This document shows, in pieces, positions 25,132 through 39,629 of a stretch of 64,000 nucleotides of DNA. The translations under genes and the position numbers were made by a program. The stretch comes from Octopus vulgaris (taxonomy: Eukaryota): assembly GCA_951406725.2 (NCBI GenBank), contig OX597816.1, positions 73,842,001 to 73,906,000 of the forward strand, in the 5' to 3' direction. Below the pieces are notes generated by a model. It made no database searches. It was given only the letters and a program-made list of their open reading frames with translations, and was not told the origin of the DNA. Each line of letters begins with the position of its first letter. Position 1 is the stretch's first letter.

Positions 25132-25722
25132 TATATATATATATATATACATTTGGCATTAGGAAGGGCATCCAGCTGTAGAAACACTGCCAGATCTGAC
25201 TGGCCTGGTGCAGCCTTCGAGCTTGCCAGACCCCAGTTGAACCGTCCAACCCATGCTAGCATGGAAAGCGGACGTTAAACAATGATGATGATGATGATGA
25301 TGATACACACACACACACACATATATACATACAAGGTCTGATCAGTAAGTATCTAGACTGTTGCCATGGTCAACAAAGCTAAAGTACGAAGAGTGAAGAA
25401 GCCGCTTGGCAAAGATTGACCTTCAGCTCTGCTGTACATGTGCACCAAGTTTTAACGTTCTAGCTCACTTCCACTGATTACAGCAGTGCTTGGAAGGAAG
25501 GTGTTTAACGGATGATCGATGCAATGACCATGACAGAGAGAGTTGAGCAGAGAATCTGCATCAAATTTTGCCAAAAGTTTTAACATTCAGGCTGACTTTC
25601 CCTGTTTACAGCATTGCTTGGAATTAAGATGTGTAGCGTGTGATTGTCACATTGACCATGACAGAGAAAGTTGTCATGACGATACCTGCTCAGAGACCTA
25701 TGCAAAGTTGCTGAAAGTGTAA

Positions 25723-26181
25723 CTAACAGCTAAGCCCGGTTTCACCCGGTCGGTTTGGATGATGTGGCTGTAAAACCTGTTCTGTGTAAGCATTCGACTT
25801 GTTTGGGCACACTTATGTTAAACAATTTTAGAATTACTTCTATCTGTCAAAACACTAAAAATAACTGACCAACAAAAAAAAAACCCAACCAAGATTCAAC
25901 CAAATCAAAAAATAAACCCAAATACTAAGTGAACAAAGATGAACCATACCTTTTCCATTGCACTTGCACATGCGCACGCACAAACACACACACATTCACC
26001 TAACCCCCCCTTTACATACACACACATATATTCACACAGAGTTGAAACGCTGTTTGATATATTTTTTCAGTGTACAACTTTCATCATCCCACTACCAAGT
26101 ATGACATCACCCCTTCCATCCTTATTCATCTATCACCCCTTCCTTTCTCATTCATAAACACAAGGGTATTATTATAGTAGA
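25723..26181 (-). mobile_element. Non-autonomous Helitron-like element
   Basis: Minus-strand 5' tctactatataata; 3' hairpin ccgggtgaaaccggg followed by TTAG|T. Confidence 0.6.
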
Positions 26182-26858
26182 TTATCTCGATAACCATGGG
26201 AGCAATGAAAAAAATACAACGCCCAAACAATACCACTGGATTATTCTATATATCTGTGTAATTTTTCATGCAATTCCACCCAGCTGTTTGACCATGAATA
26301 CCAAGACAAGAAAGAAGCCCCCATGTCAAATATATATGTATGTATATATATATATATATATATATCATCATCATCATCATCATTGTTTAACGTCCACTTT
26401 CCATGCTAGCATGGGTTGGACGGTTCAACTGGGGTCTGGGGAGCCCGAAGGCTGCACCAGGCCAGTCAGATCTGGCAGCGTTTCTACAGCTGGATGCCCT
26501 TCCTAACGCCAACCACTCCGAGAGTGTAGTGGGTGATTTTATGTGCCACCGACACAGGTGCCAGACGAGGCTGGCGAACGGCCACGCTCGGATGGTGTTT
26601 TTTATGTGCCACCAACACAGGTGCCAGACGAGGCTGGCAGACGGCCACGCTCGGATGGTGTTTTTATGTGCCACCGACACAGGTGCCAGATGAGGCTGGC
26701 GAACGGCCACGATCGGATGGTATTTGTTACGTGCCCACAGCATGGAGGCCAGTCGATGCGGTACTGGCTACGGCCACGTTCGGATGGTTTTCTTGTGTGC
26801 CACCGGCACTGGTACCACAAAGATACAAATTCCATTGATGTTCATCTATTTTGATTTG

Positions 26859-26919
<61 letters not shown>

Positions 26920-29135
26920 GTAAGTAAGTATTTATGCATGAATGTATGGATATATATAGGGAGGTTCAGTCATAACATCGTGGGCAAGTGTTTTCAATTT
27001 TAGGCTTCAGTTAGACCAATGCCTTGTGAAAGATAATGGCAGAGGGAAAATGTGTAGATCCTCTGTGTGTGTGTGTGCATGTCTGGGTTCGTCCCACACC
27101 ACTGTTTGACAACCAGTTAGTGTGCTTACATCCCCATAACTTAGCAGTTCAGCAAAGAGACCAATAAAATAAGTACCAGGCTTTAAAAAGTAAGAACCAA
27201 GTTCAATTCAGTTAAAAGTTCTTGGTTGGTCATGGCGATACCTGCTCAGAAACCTACGCAAAGTTGCAGAAAGCATATGGAGAGGAGTGTATGAGTCACT
27301 CACAAGTGTACGAGTGGTTCAGATGTCTCCAAGATGGCTGAAAAAAATGTTGATAGTGATGAACACTCTAGGAGACCCGCAACCAGCAGAATTGAGAAAA
27401 AACATTGCAGAAGTAGGTGCTCCAGCATGGCCACATTGTGATGACTCAAACAAGTAAAAGATAAAAAATAAACCAAATATATAATAATGTTGGAATTTAG
27501 CCATAAATTTTTAGAATTATTTTGGTCTCCGGTGATCTTTCTAAACCAATTAATCTTTGAATAGATTTTTCAATACAATTCTATATTCTATTCACATTTT
27601 GTAAATAGCGAAGTCCATTCCTGTTGTTATTATTATTATCATTATTATTATTATTATTACTAAATTCTCTTCTCTGAGGTAAATAATTGCAATGAGCAAA
27701 TGAAATTTTAATAAATGTTTGGTGATATCTTTTGGCAGCTTGGTTTACATTTAGATTAACCAGAAACATAATCCAGATGCTTCAAACTGACACAGCCTGG
27801 TCTCAGTAAATATGGTAGAAAATTGGTTTCTAATTCTTTTGTTGTTATCTTTTGGAGAAGCTTCAAAATTAATTTTAGCCATAAAAATGCATTTGCAATG
27901 CAGGAAGGAATATCTTGTAAGTGTGATGAACAAAGAGAATAAAAATAACACAGGAGGAACAAATTTTAATAGACATTGCATTAGTTTAGAGCTTAAAAGG
28001 AAGGGAAAGTGTATTGATGCTTCGGACAGTAATCATTCATCAAAAGAAAAGCATAGGAAGAGTGAGAAAGAGGAAAATTGACAAGAAAAAGAAACAAAAA
28101 TTGGTGAGGGGGGATTAAGAAACCAGGTGAGAATGCAGCCATGTGGTGGTGGTGAGTCATGAAGGAAGGAGGGGTGGGGGATGCACAAAAATGCTAGACC
28201 AGGAGGAAAGGTAGTATCTGACCATTGACAGGACCTCCAAGATTGACATGTTTACAAAGAATAAGCGCTGGGGTCGATTTGTTCAACTAAAGGCGGTGTT
28301 CCAGCATGGCTGCAGTCAAATGACTGAAACATATAAAAGAATAAAAAGAATATTGCTGGTGGAGTGGGGGGAGGTTGAAGCTAACCCTTCCTTCTACAAG
28401 TCAGAGTCTTTCCAAATGCCAATGGGTTTACAATGTGGACTGGGTGCTTTGAAGTGGCACCTACACTGACAGGGTCACCAAGTACCTTGCAAGACTAAAA
28501 AAAGAAAAAAGTATTAGTAATGGTGGGAGTGATAGTGAGAGAGGAGGTAGAGGTGAAAGTAGAAGTGAAAGTGATAGCAGTGGTGGTTGTGGTAGGGGTG
28601 ACATAATATACTTTGTGTGTCAGGAAATTGTGTTCAGTGGACCATGACAGGTGACATTGTTAGAATAAATACCAACACATTCCATCTAACACATACATGT
28701 ACAGGGAGACACACGCACACATACATACATCAATACACACATGTCAACACATGCATACACTGCGACTCACACATACACACACACACACATCAACACACAC
28801 ATGCACACAAACACACATACAGAAACACACCAGTATGTAGACATGCAGACACATGCATACACACACATAAACACACTGACACACTCAACGACACAAACAC
28901 ATACATGGATGCACAAATATACACGTACTCCCACACACATGTACACCTACATACACAAACATGCAGAAACCAACACATATCCACCAAAATGCTCATATGA
29001 AAACACACACTCACACACACACACACATATACACATTCTCTCTCTCTTTCTCTCACACACACACTTCAATGACAGATTTGATGACTGAATGATCTAGCAA
29101 AAGGACTTTGTATGTGTGTGTGGTGTGTGTGTGTG

Positions 29136-29219
<84 letters not shown>

Positions 29220-29719
29220 CAGACAGACAGAGACAGAAATTATATAAATGAGGGATGAAGGCAGCTGGGACCACGAGATGGTCTGATCCTCCCTGTGTAG
29301 AACAAATTTTTGTTATTCTTTTTTATATTTTTTTCTTTCAGTCATTTGACTGCAGCCATGCTGGAGCACCACCTTTAGTAAAGCAAATCGACCCCAGGAC
29401 TTATTCTTTGTAAGCTTAGTACTTATTCTATTGGTCCCTCCTGCTGAACCACTAAGTGATGGAGCGTAAACACACCAGCATCGGTTGTCAAGCAATGTTG
29501 AGGGGACAAACACAGACACACAAACATACACACACACACACACATATATATATATAGGATGGGCTTCTTTCAGTTTCCGTCTACCAAATCCACTCACAAG
29601 GCTTTGGTAAGCCCGAGACTATAGTAGAGAACACTTGTGCAAGGTGCCATGTAGTAGGACTGAACCCGGAACCATGTGGTTGGTAAGCAAGCTACTTACT
29701 ACACAGCCACTCCTGCGCC

Positions 29720-29751
<32 letters not shown>

Positions 29752-30994
29752 TACATATATATATATATATACATATATATATATGACGGGCATTCTTTCA
29801 GTTTCCGTTTACCAAATCCACTCACAAAGCTTCGATCAGTCCGAAGCTATAGTAGAAGACACATGCCCAAGGTGCCATGCAGTGGGACTGGACCCGGAAC
29901 CATGTGGTTAGTAAGCAAGCTACTTACCACACAGCCACTCCTGTCGTATTTATTTTGTATTTTTCAGTAATTTTTTTTATTAATTTCTAGGGTTGATGCC
30001 CTTTGTAATGTCAACTTGTTCACACACACACACCCACACACAAATATACATCTGACCCCTCTGTGCTTTCTTCTCTCATTTTCCTATCAAGAGAGCCATG
30101 TATCTCCTCTACAACACAACACCTGTTTCTGTCCTTCTTTCATGCATCGTTTAGCATCCGCCTTCCATGCTTGCATGTGTGGGATGGTTTTACAGGTGTT
30201 GGCCAGGCATAAGCCTACACCAGACTTCTGTAACTATTTTGGCAAGATTTTTAGAGCTGGATGCCCTTCCTAACACCAACCTTACATGGACTTAGTGCTT
30301 TTTACATGGCACAAGCACAGGTGAGGTCAGTTTTGGCAAGGCTTTCACAGCTGGAAGCTCTTCCAAGTGCCAACCACTTTACAGTGTGAATTGGGTGCTT
30401 TTTAAGTGGCACGCCTCATCACCTAATGTAAAGACACCTCTCTTGATACTACAGAGCCACCCTCACTCATGGGCTTTTGTCTTGCAAGTTACTTGGTAAC
30501 TTCACTGCTGTTGATTCTACATAAAAAACACCCAGTACACTCTGTGAAGTATTTTGCATTAGGATATACATCCAGCAGCAGAAATCATGTAGACTCTGGA
30601 ACATGGTATAGCCTTCTTGCTCAGAAGCACCAAACACTCCATCTAGCTCATGCTAGCATGGATGCTGCTGCTGATATATATATATATATATATATATTAT
30701 AGGTGCAAGTGTCTATCGTCATCGCCATCATCATCATCATCATTTAACGTCGTCCATCGTCCATGCTAGCATGGGTTGGATAGTTTGACCAGAGCTGGTA
30801 AACTGAAAGACTGCACCAGACCCCAGTCTGATTTGGCATGGTTTTCTATGGCTGGATGCCCTTCCTAATGGCAACCACTCCAAGAGTGTAGTTAATGCTT
30901 TTACGTGCCACCGACTCCAGTATCTGCCACGACTGCGATTTTGCTCGGCTTGATGGGTCTTCTTTTCAAGCATGACATAATGCCAAAGGTCTCA

Positions 30995-31260
30995 GTCATT
31001 GCCTCCCTGAGGCCCAACACTCAAAAGGAACTCAGCCACTTTGCTTCCATGAAGCCCAATGTTCGAAAAGCACTCAGCCACTTTGCCTCTGTGAGGTACA
31101 ACGCTCAGAAGGAACTCAGTTATTTTGCTTCCATGAGGCCCAACACTCGAAAGGGACTCAGCCACTTTGCCTCTGTGAGGCCCAATACTCGGAAGGAACT
31201 CAGCTTCTTTGCCTCCATGAGGTTCAACACTCAAAAGCAAGCCTCTGTGAGGCCCAACAT
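30995..31260. repeat. ~41-42-bp tandem repeat derived from the RTE/SINE tail junction
   Basis: About six copies of actcagccactttgcctc(c/t)(a/g)tgaggcccaacactcgaaagga. Confidence 0.85.
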
Positions 31261-33623
31261 ATGTATGGTTAAAAAGCTTGCTTTCCAACCGTGAGCACCA
31301 AGAGTAAGTGTCTCCTACTCTAGCCCCAGGTCAAGTGGAGCCTTCTGAAAGGATTTTGCAGAAACAAAGTGAAAGACATCCATCTATTTATGAATATTTA
31401 TGTGGGTAGACTGGAGCCTGGTGCAGCCTCCTGGCTTCCCATACCCAAGTCGAAATGTCCAACCCATGCCAACATGGAAAACAGACATTAAACGATGATT
31501 ATGATGATGATGTACCTTTTTCTTCTGATATCATGTCATTGACCATCCCCCCAATAGTGCTGGCTGTTATTGCAGTGACTCATCCAGCATGGAAAGTGGA
31601 TGTAAAACATTGACGGTACACACACATATACACACATGAACACAAACACACACGCGCGTGCATATGCATGCACGCACACAAGTGGTCATCCTCTTCAGTG
31701 AGTAAAAAAGAGCCGGCATGAATAAATATGCATAGTTCTTCAATTAAAGTCTTCCATACATACACATCTGTAATTACAGTGTTCTATACTTCCACTTCTT
31801 TAATCCAATTGCATATCTGTAATTACAGTCTTCCATACCAGCGCATCTTTAATTACTGTGTTCCATACTTTCACATCTTTAATCCAATTTGCGGCTTACA
31901 TTAGATTGAATAACATTGTTTGCAACGTTATTTCAACTCACCACCACCACCACCGCCACTACTACTGCTGCTGCTGCTACTAACAGTTCGAGCAAAAGAG
32001 GGAGCTTCTACACGGTCACATGACTTGTTAGAAACAACAGCTAAATCAAACCTTCCACCGTTTTAAACAAGGACACACTAGAAAATGTATAGTCGAAGTT
32101 ACATCAAAATAATGATATAGTTAGTCATGGCTGGTTTACTCGATCAGGGTTGACCCAGGGCTAAATAATAGCAGCAACAACAATATAAGATTATACTGCA
32201 TTAATAATCCCCAAATTAATCACATTTAATGAGGATTAGTAACGTAATCCCTCCCCCGCTTACACACAAGCGCACAAGCACTCACTTTCTCTCTCTCACA
32301 CACACACATATACATATACATCCATATACACACACTGAGACACTCATGTATCATTTACATTATATGTGTATACGCACATGTGTGCGTGTGCGTGTGCGTG
32401 TGTGTGCGCGGGCGTGCTTAAACATACACACACACACACATATATGTATGCACACATGCACACTTATACATACACGTGTGCGCACGATCGCATTACTTTT
32501 ATGACTGCAATTTACCACGGCCAACAAGATCACCGTCACCACCACCGCCAACATAACCACTACCACTACCACCACCGCCGCCAACATAACCACTACCACC
32601 ACCACCACCGCCGCCGCTGCAGCCATGTCCATCATTAATAACAGGTTTGGCTCGCGACATGAGATTTGTGGAAGGCAGAGAAGAGAGCAACGCGGAGTTT
32701 CTTAAAAGGAAGATCAAAGGGAGAGTTTGGCAGCGAGGTGTATGTGTGTGTGTGTATGTTTGTTCCCCCACCCCCACAGTCGCTTGACAACAGGTGCTAG
32801 TTTGCTCATGCGCCCCCCCCCCCATAGCTTAGCGGTTCGTCAAAAGACACCGGTAGATTAAGTACCAGACTTTTTTTTTTTTAAATGAGTACCAGGGTTG
32901 CAATTCGTTCGATAAAAACCCTTCAAGGCAGTGCTCCAGCCTGGCCACCCTGCATCGTATTTACACAAACACACACGCACACAAGATCGAGAGGGGGAGA
33001 GACAGACAGATTTAGGTGTTTATGTGTAAAAGAGATGTGATGTTCGCATCAATTTTGTAACAGCTCAAGCGTAGCAGCTTCAACGTATATTTAGTGCATA
33101 TGGTGATGATGATGAGGAGGAAGAAGAGGAGGCGAGGAGGGGGAATAAATCAATATCAAGGGAGTTGTTATTTAGCCCTAGGTCAGTCGTGTTTGAGGAA
33201 GCCTATGATGAAAGGCGTTCGTTCGTTGCACTCACGAACATCCGGTATTTTATTCAGTGCACTTAAGACCAGATATTTAGAATCTCCAACCTTTCTTTTA
33301 AAACACAGGAGTATGTGGTCTGAGGGAGATTTAGCTGTTGTTTCTAGGAAATCGAACCACTACTCGCGCGCGCGCGCACATACACACACACACACACTAA
33401 AATAGACAGACAAACAGACAGGCAGAAAGAGAAAGAAAGACATACAAACAGATAGACAGATAAATAGATAGAGAGAGAGAGAGACAGAGACAGACAGACA
33501 GAGAGACAGACAGACAGACAAATAGACTGACATGAAGAAAGAGAGAGAGAGAGATACAGATATACAAATAGATAGATAGACAGACAGACTGACAGGCAGA
33601 AAGAGAGAGAGAGAGATACAGAT

Positions 33624-33678
<55 letters not shown>

Positions 33679-35004
33679 AAGATAGATAGATAGATAGATA
33701 GGTAGAGAAAAAAAAGAGAGAGAGGGAGAGAAATCTTAATGAGGCAAGTTCTAGGCCCTGGACTTATTGAAGATAAGAAACTCAGGATTTTGTGGTATTC
33801 ATGCCTTTATTCCCCACCACCACCATGCCCACCACTAGCACTCATGAGTATACAAGAAAACCATGACCATCACCACTGCAACCACCACCACCACCACCAT
33901 CATCATAACCACTAGCATCAAATTCACCACCACATCAACAACTAACAGCACACCATCAACCATCACAGCCACGATTAGTCTACCGTCACTAACTTCAGCA
34001 TCACCACCACCGACAACAACACGACCATCACTACCACAACCAGCACCACAACCCCAACTAGCATTAATATCACCACTACCAACACTGCCTCCTCAACAAC
34101 CACCACGACCATCGCTATCATTAGCATCGCTATCATTAGCATCGCTATCATTAGCATCGCTATCATTAGCATCACCACCAACAACACAACGGTCACCATC
34201 ACCGCGAAATTCTTTACAATCTGAGACCAAAATAGAAGTCGTTTATACCTGTAGCTATCAACCCTTTTTTTTTTTTTTTACCTATGGACCCTTTTTTACT
34301 CCTATCTTACTCAGATGGACTCTCATAGCTATTTGATGTTCAAAAAATCTTATATTTTCATATTTAAATAGAATTGTATAAAAAATAAATTGTTAAAATA
34401 TTTTGTCTCTTGTAGAAGCATAACGAATTTATTGGAAATAAATTTTAACAACAAAAAAAATCTCGTGAGGACCCCGAAGGGCCATATGGACCCCGGATGA
34501 TGTATGTATATACGAATGTTGACATATAAAGATGATCTCGATGGGACACGAACCCTCAACAATATTAAATGAAACGTGACATCGGTTCTCCTGAAACCTA
34601 TTGTTAGAAGTCACAATACCAAGTTTTTATTATGGAAAAGCCATTGTACACCGAATCGATACTGTAAATGATCGGTTCTTGTTTTATCGATTATGGAGAG
34701 ACGAACGGCGAATGAGAGTAGCACTAGCTGGATTTGAACCCAGATGCATGGGAAAGAATCACAAACGGCAAAGATTTCTCTAAACAAGATTCTTTGTAAT
34801 TTCTACCACCGAATGTTGGCCTCATGAAGATAGAGACAATAATTCTTCGTAATTTTGGCACAAGGCCAGCAATTTTAAAGGGAAACGGGTTTAACCGATT
34901 ATATCGACTCCAGTACTCAGCTGGTACTTTATCAGTGGTCAGCCGTAAGGCCAAATCCCTTATGAGCGAGAAACTCAGGGTAACCCCATAAACCGGCCAC
35001 ACCC

Positions 35005-35037
<33 letters not shown>

Positions 35038-36086
35038 CACTCTTTACTCTTTTACTTGTTTCAGTCATGTGACTGTGGGCATGCTGGAGCACCACCTTTA
35101 GTCGAGCAAATCTCGACTTATTCTTTGTAAGCCTAGTTACCGAACCGGTAAGTTATGGGGATGTAAACACACCAGCATCGGTTGTCAAGCGATGTTGGGG
35201 GGGGGGGGGGGAATACAGACACACAAACACACACACACATATAATACATATATACGACGGGCTTCTTTCAGTTTCCGTCTACCAAATCCACTCACAAGGC
35301 TTTGGTCGGCCCGAGGCTATAGTAGAAGACACCTACCCACGCAGTGGGACTGAACCCGGAACCATGTGGTAAGCAAGTTACTTACCACACAACCACTCCT
35401 ACGCCTATATATATATATATATATTATCGAACTCAAAAGGAAGACTGTTAAGCATGATTCTGGATGGATTTGAACCCGTAACTTTAAGCAAAACAACGAA
35501 ATATTAAACACACAACCACAGTCACAATTTCTCGTTTTCTGAAATATTGTTTAAAACAAAATATGGAGAGAGATAAATAAACTGAGATAAGTTGGTGAAG
35601 AGAGAGAGAAATAATTACGTTCTCCGGGAACAATTTCTCGTGACACACATTGTTATTTTTGGTCAGCAATAATAATACTTTCTTATTTTGGCACGAGACT
35701 TACAATTTTAAGGGGAACGGCACTTACATCGACTCCAGTGCTCGACTGGTGCTTTGCTTTATCGACCCCGAAAGGATGGGAAAGCAAAGTCGACCTCGGC
35801 GGAATTTGAACTCAGGAGGAACAATAACATTAATGAAAATAATAATAAATTATCTAGTAGTAGTAGTAATAATAATAATAATAATAATAGCAATGCTAAT
35901 TCCTAAATTGCTACAAGGGTCGAAATATTTTGTGGATTCTGGTCAGTATAATCGATTATATTGAGCCTCGTGTATAACTGGTTACTTTGTTGATTGACTG
36001 CGAGGGAATGAATGAAAGTCGTATCACCACGTCATGTGAACACGGGATAAACACAACAATATTTAATGTGCTCGCATGCGCGAGCA

Positions 36087-36117
<31 letters not shown>

Positions 36118-36178
36118 ACACACGCACATACACAAACCTGTATATATGTACATGCGTATATATGCTTCCACACGTAAT

Positions 36179-36253
<75 letters not shown>

Positions 36254-36521
36254 GTAATATACATTCATATGTGTGTGTGTGTGCGTACTTCATATACACA
36301 CGCATCTCTATATCGAATGCAATTACTGATTAAGGTAGGTGTGTGTGTGTGTGTTATGAAAATAATCTGTACCACTTAAATTGAGAGACTGAGAACGATG
36401 ACTAATGAGAGAGAGAGAGAAAGAGAAGAGAGAGAGAGAGAAAGAGAGAGAGAAGACAATGTCAGGAAAAAACAGAATCTGAGTTGGGTTTGGAACTGGC
36501 GACTGTCGGTTTTGAACTTAC

Positions 36522-36536
36522 CGTTTCTGAATCCAT
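36522..36536 (-). CDS. NPL: NPL candidate first coding exon (MDSET)
   Basis: Minus strand reads ATG GAT TCA GAA ACG followed by a perfect GTAAGT donor. Phase 0 matches the next exon. It lies in the CpG-rich zone. Very short, so the assignment is tentative. Confidence 0.55.
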
Positions 36537-36838
36537 GATAGAGTCAACAGGCAGCTGATATATACGTATGTGTAAGTGTTGTATAATATGTGTGTGAGTG
36601 TGTGTTTATGTATACATATGTATGTGTGTGAGTATTGACAAGACTTGCAACAGTTCTTCCCAACAGACCGCACTTCTCAAACTGAAGATCTCTCTCTCTC
36701 TCTCACACACTCTGTCTGTCTCTCTTTCTGCCTGTCTATCTACCTATTTTCCTCCCCTCTCGTCTGTCTGTCTATTTCTCTTCTTATTGTGTTGTTGGTT
36801 ACAGTAATGGTAGCGGCAGCGGTGTGAAACTTACTTTC

Positions 36839-36900
<62 letters not shown>

Positions 36901-37458
36901 ACATACATACATTGACACGCGAGCGCGTATGCATGGAATGCGTCAGAAAAACATCACACATTCAACACGACCAAGAATTGTGAATCTGAAAGAGTTTTTT
37001 TTTTTTTGCCGCACCTATACATATATACACACACTCAAACACACACAAACGCTCACACACAGACACACACACGCACACACAGCACACACAGACGCACACA
37101 CACACACACGTACGAGTACATACGCGTATCGATATGCAACCGGGCACCTTATCTGCAATCGCAGTAGGTGGTGTAAATTACCCCATGTACTCTGCTAACA
37201 CATACACGCACATACATTAGGACTAAACCTTCTCTGTCTCACGATAAGATGAAATTTGTGGAGCATAGCTCTTCATACGTGCGCGTATGAATGCACGCCT
37301 GTGTATTTGTAAGCACAAATCTATATATAAATATTAACGTACGTGTGTGCATGTATGTATGTATGTATGTATGTATGTATGTATGTATGTATGTATGTAT
37401 GTACAAAATCATCTTTAGGTGCTTTTGAGCTTGGGTGCTGCACCAAAGTGGTCTTCTG

Positions 37459-37492
<34 letters not shown>

Positions 37493-38109
37493 TTAGTGTA
37501 ACAAAGCTGCCTAATGAGAGCGCCCCCGCCTCCTCCTATTCCACCATACATCACGATCCTATAAGACATTCTGGACCCCGACAAGCTGTACGACCGACAC
37601 AGCATCTAAATTAGGCGTGGTGTATGTGTGTGTGTGTGTTAAACGACAATGTGGAATGTGTGCGAAGAACGGAGAGAGAGAGACAGACAGACAAGCAGGC
37701 AGACAGACAGACGAGCAGGCAGACAGAGAAAATGCGCGTGTATAAGTCGGGTGCAACAATGATCTATAACGTGTGAATGTATGCTTGTATGTGTGTATGT
37801 GTATGAGAGAGAGAGAGGGAGAGAGGAAGAGAGAGCGTAATGCTTCAGCGATATAGCGTGCGTGCCTGTGTACGCGTATGTGTATGTGTGAGTGTGTGTG
37901 TGTGTGTATGTGTGTGTGTTTTACTGTAGAATGGTGTGCTGGCACATGCCAGAATATACTGGAAGAAAATAAATGATGTGAATCAGTCGTGAAACACCAC
38001 CCATCCCTCCACATCCACCCCTTGAACTTGTCTATAAAAATCGATACACCCAAATATACACACACACATATACATAAGTATTAGTTATATATATATATGT
38101 GTGTGTGTG

Positions 38110-38150
<41 letters not shown>

Positions 38151-38567
38151 ACATAATCGATATATATATACTTAACAAGTGGATGTAAGCAAATACTCGT
38201 TATATCGTATGAATTTCCTTCTCTACAATTGTATTTATTTATATGCATTCTCACTTCCGGGTGACTGGGTCGATTGGCGCCTCGCATTTGCAGTTTTTTC
38301 TTCCCTTTACGATAATTAGAGAGAACTTCACACAGAGAAAAGGAGAGAGAAAAAGACAGATATATATATATATATATACCGGAGTAAACACATAAATGTG
38401 AAACAAGGTGGAAAAAAGAGTACTCAAATACCAGTGGTAGAGTAATATGCTTTATTTTAAGCAGCAGGAAATTCCTGTAGAAGCTCCTTCTATAAAATAA
38501 ATTAATTTACTCTGCTATGTATTGAGTACCTTATTTAATGTAGTTAACCCCGACTCAACCCAGGACC

Positions 38568-38622
<55 letters not shown>

Positions 38623-38625
38623 ATA

Positions 38626-38657
<32 letters not shown>

Positions 38658-38919
38658 CATTCTATTATTGTTTTACCTGTTTCACCCATTTGACTGCGGC
38701 CATGCAGGAGCACCGCCTTAAATGGTTTTAATCGAACAGATCGACCCCAGGACTTATCTTTCAAGTTTAGCACTTATTCGATTGGCTCCTTTTTGCCGAA
38801 CCGCTAAGTTATGGGGACGTAAACACACCAACACCGATTGTCCAGCAGTGATGGGGTACAAACATAGACACAAAGACAGATATACATTCACAAAACACTT
38901 AGTTGCGTTAACAAAGGGT

Positions 38920-39186
38920 TAAAGTTGTAAAGACATGAACATGACGTACATAGGGGAGACATATAGGAGCATTGCGGAACGAATAAATGAACATCGGAGA
39001 CAATATGACGACAAAAAACAGTCCTCCATACTCTACCAACATGCCAAGGACCACCATGGAGGCAACTTGGGTCAACTTGACATCCACATCTTATCCAAGC
39101 ACCCGAAAGACCCAACACTCAGACAAATACAGGTGTACGTCCTTATAAATGAAACCTCCCCAATACTAAATAGGAAATATACGTAG
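38920..39186 (+). pseudogene. GIY-YIG endonuclease C-terminal fragment of a second Penelope-like family
   Basis: YIGETYRSIAERINEH...H....H..G...LRQI....I....P.LN pattern. Confidence 0.8.
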
Positions 39187-39591
39187 TAGACAGCTGTTTT
39201 TATTGATAGGTTTGTTAGATAATTCGCCATTATTATGAAGGCATGTAGCTTAGTGGTTAGGGTATTTGGCTCATGACTGTAACGTCGTGTGTTCAATTCC
39301 CAGCAGTGTGTTATATCCTTTAGCAAAACACTTTATTTTCACATTGCTTCAGTCCACTTAGCTGGCAAAAATGTGTTGTACCTGAATTTCAAAGGGCCAG
39401 CCTTGCCACATCCTTAATGTGTTACGCTGAATCACCCAGAGAACTGTGTTAAAGATACGTGTGTCTATGGAGTACTCAGCCACTAGCACCTTAATTACAA
39501 GAGTAGGCTGTTCCGTTGATCGGATCAGCTGGAACCCTCATCATCATAACTGACAGTGTCAGGCAGCTGTTATACACACGTGCATGCACAT

Positions 39592-39629
<38 letters not shown>

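Noticed and set aside
33863-34336. Mucin-like 157-aa ORF
   Set aside because: Degenerate (CAC/CAT)n plus a 15-bp tandem repeat, with no splice or homology support.
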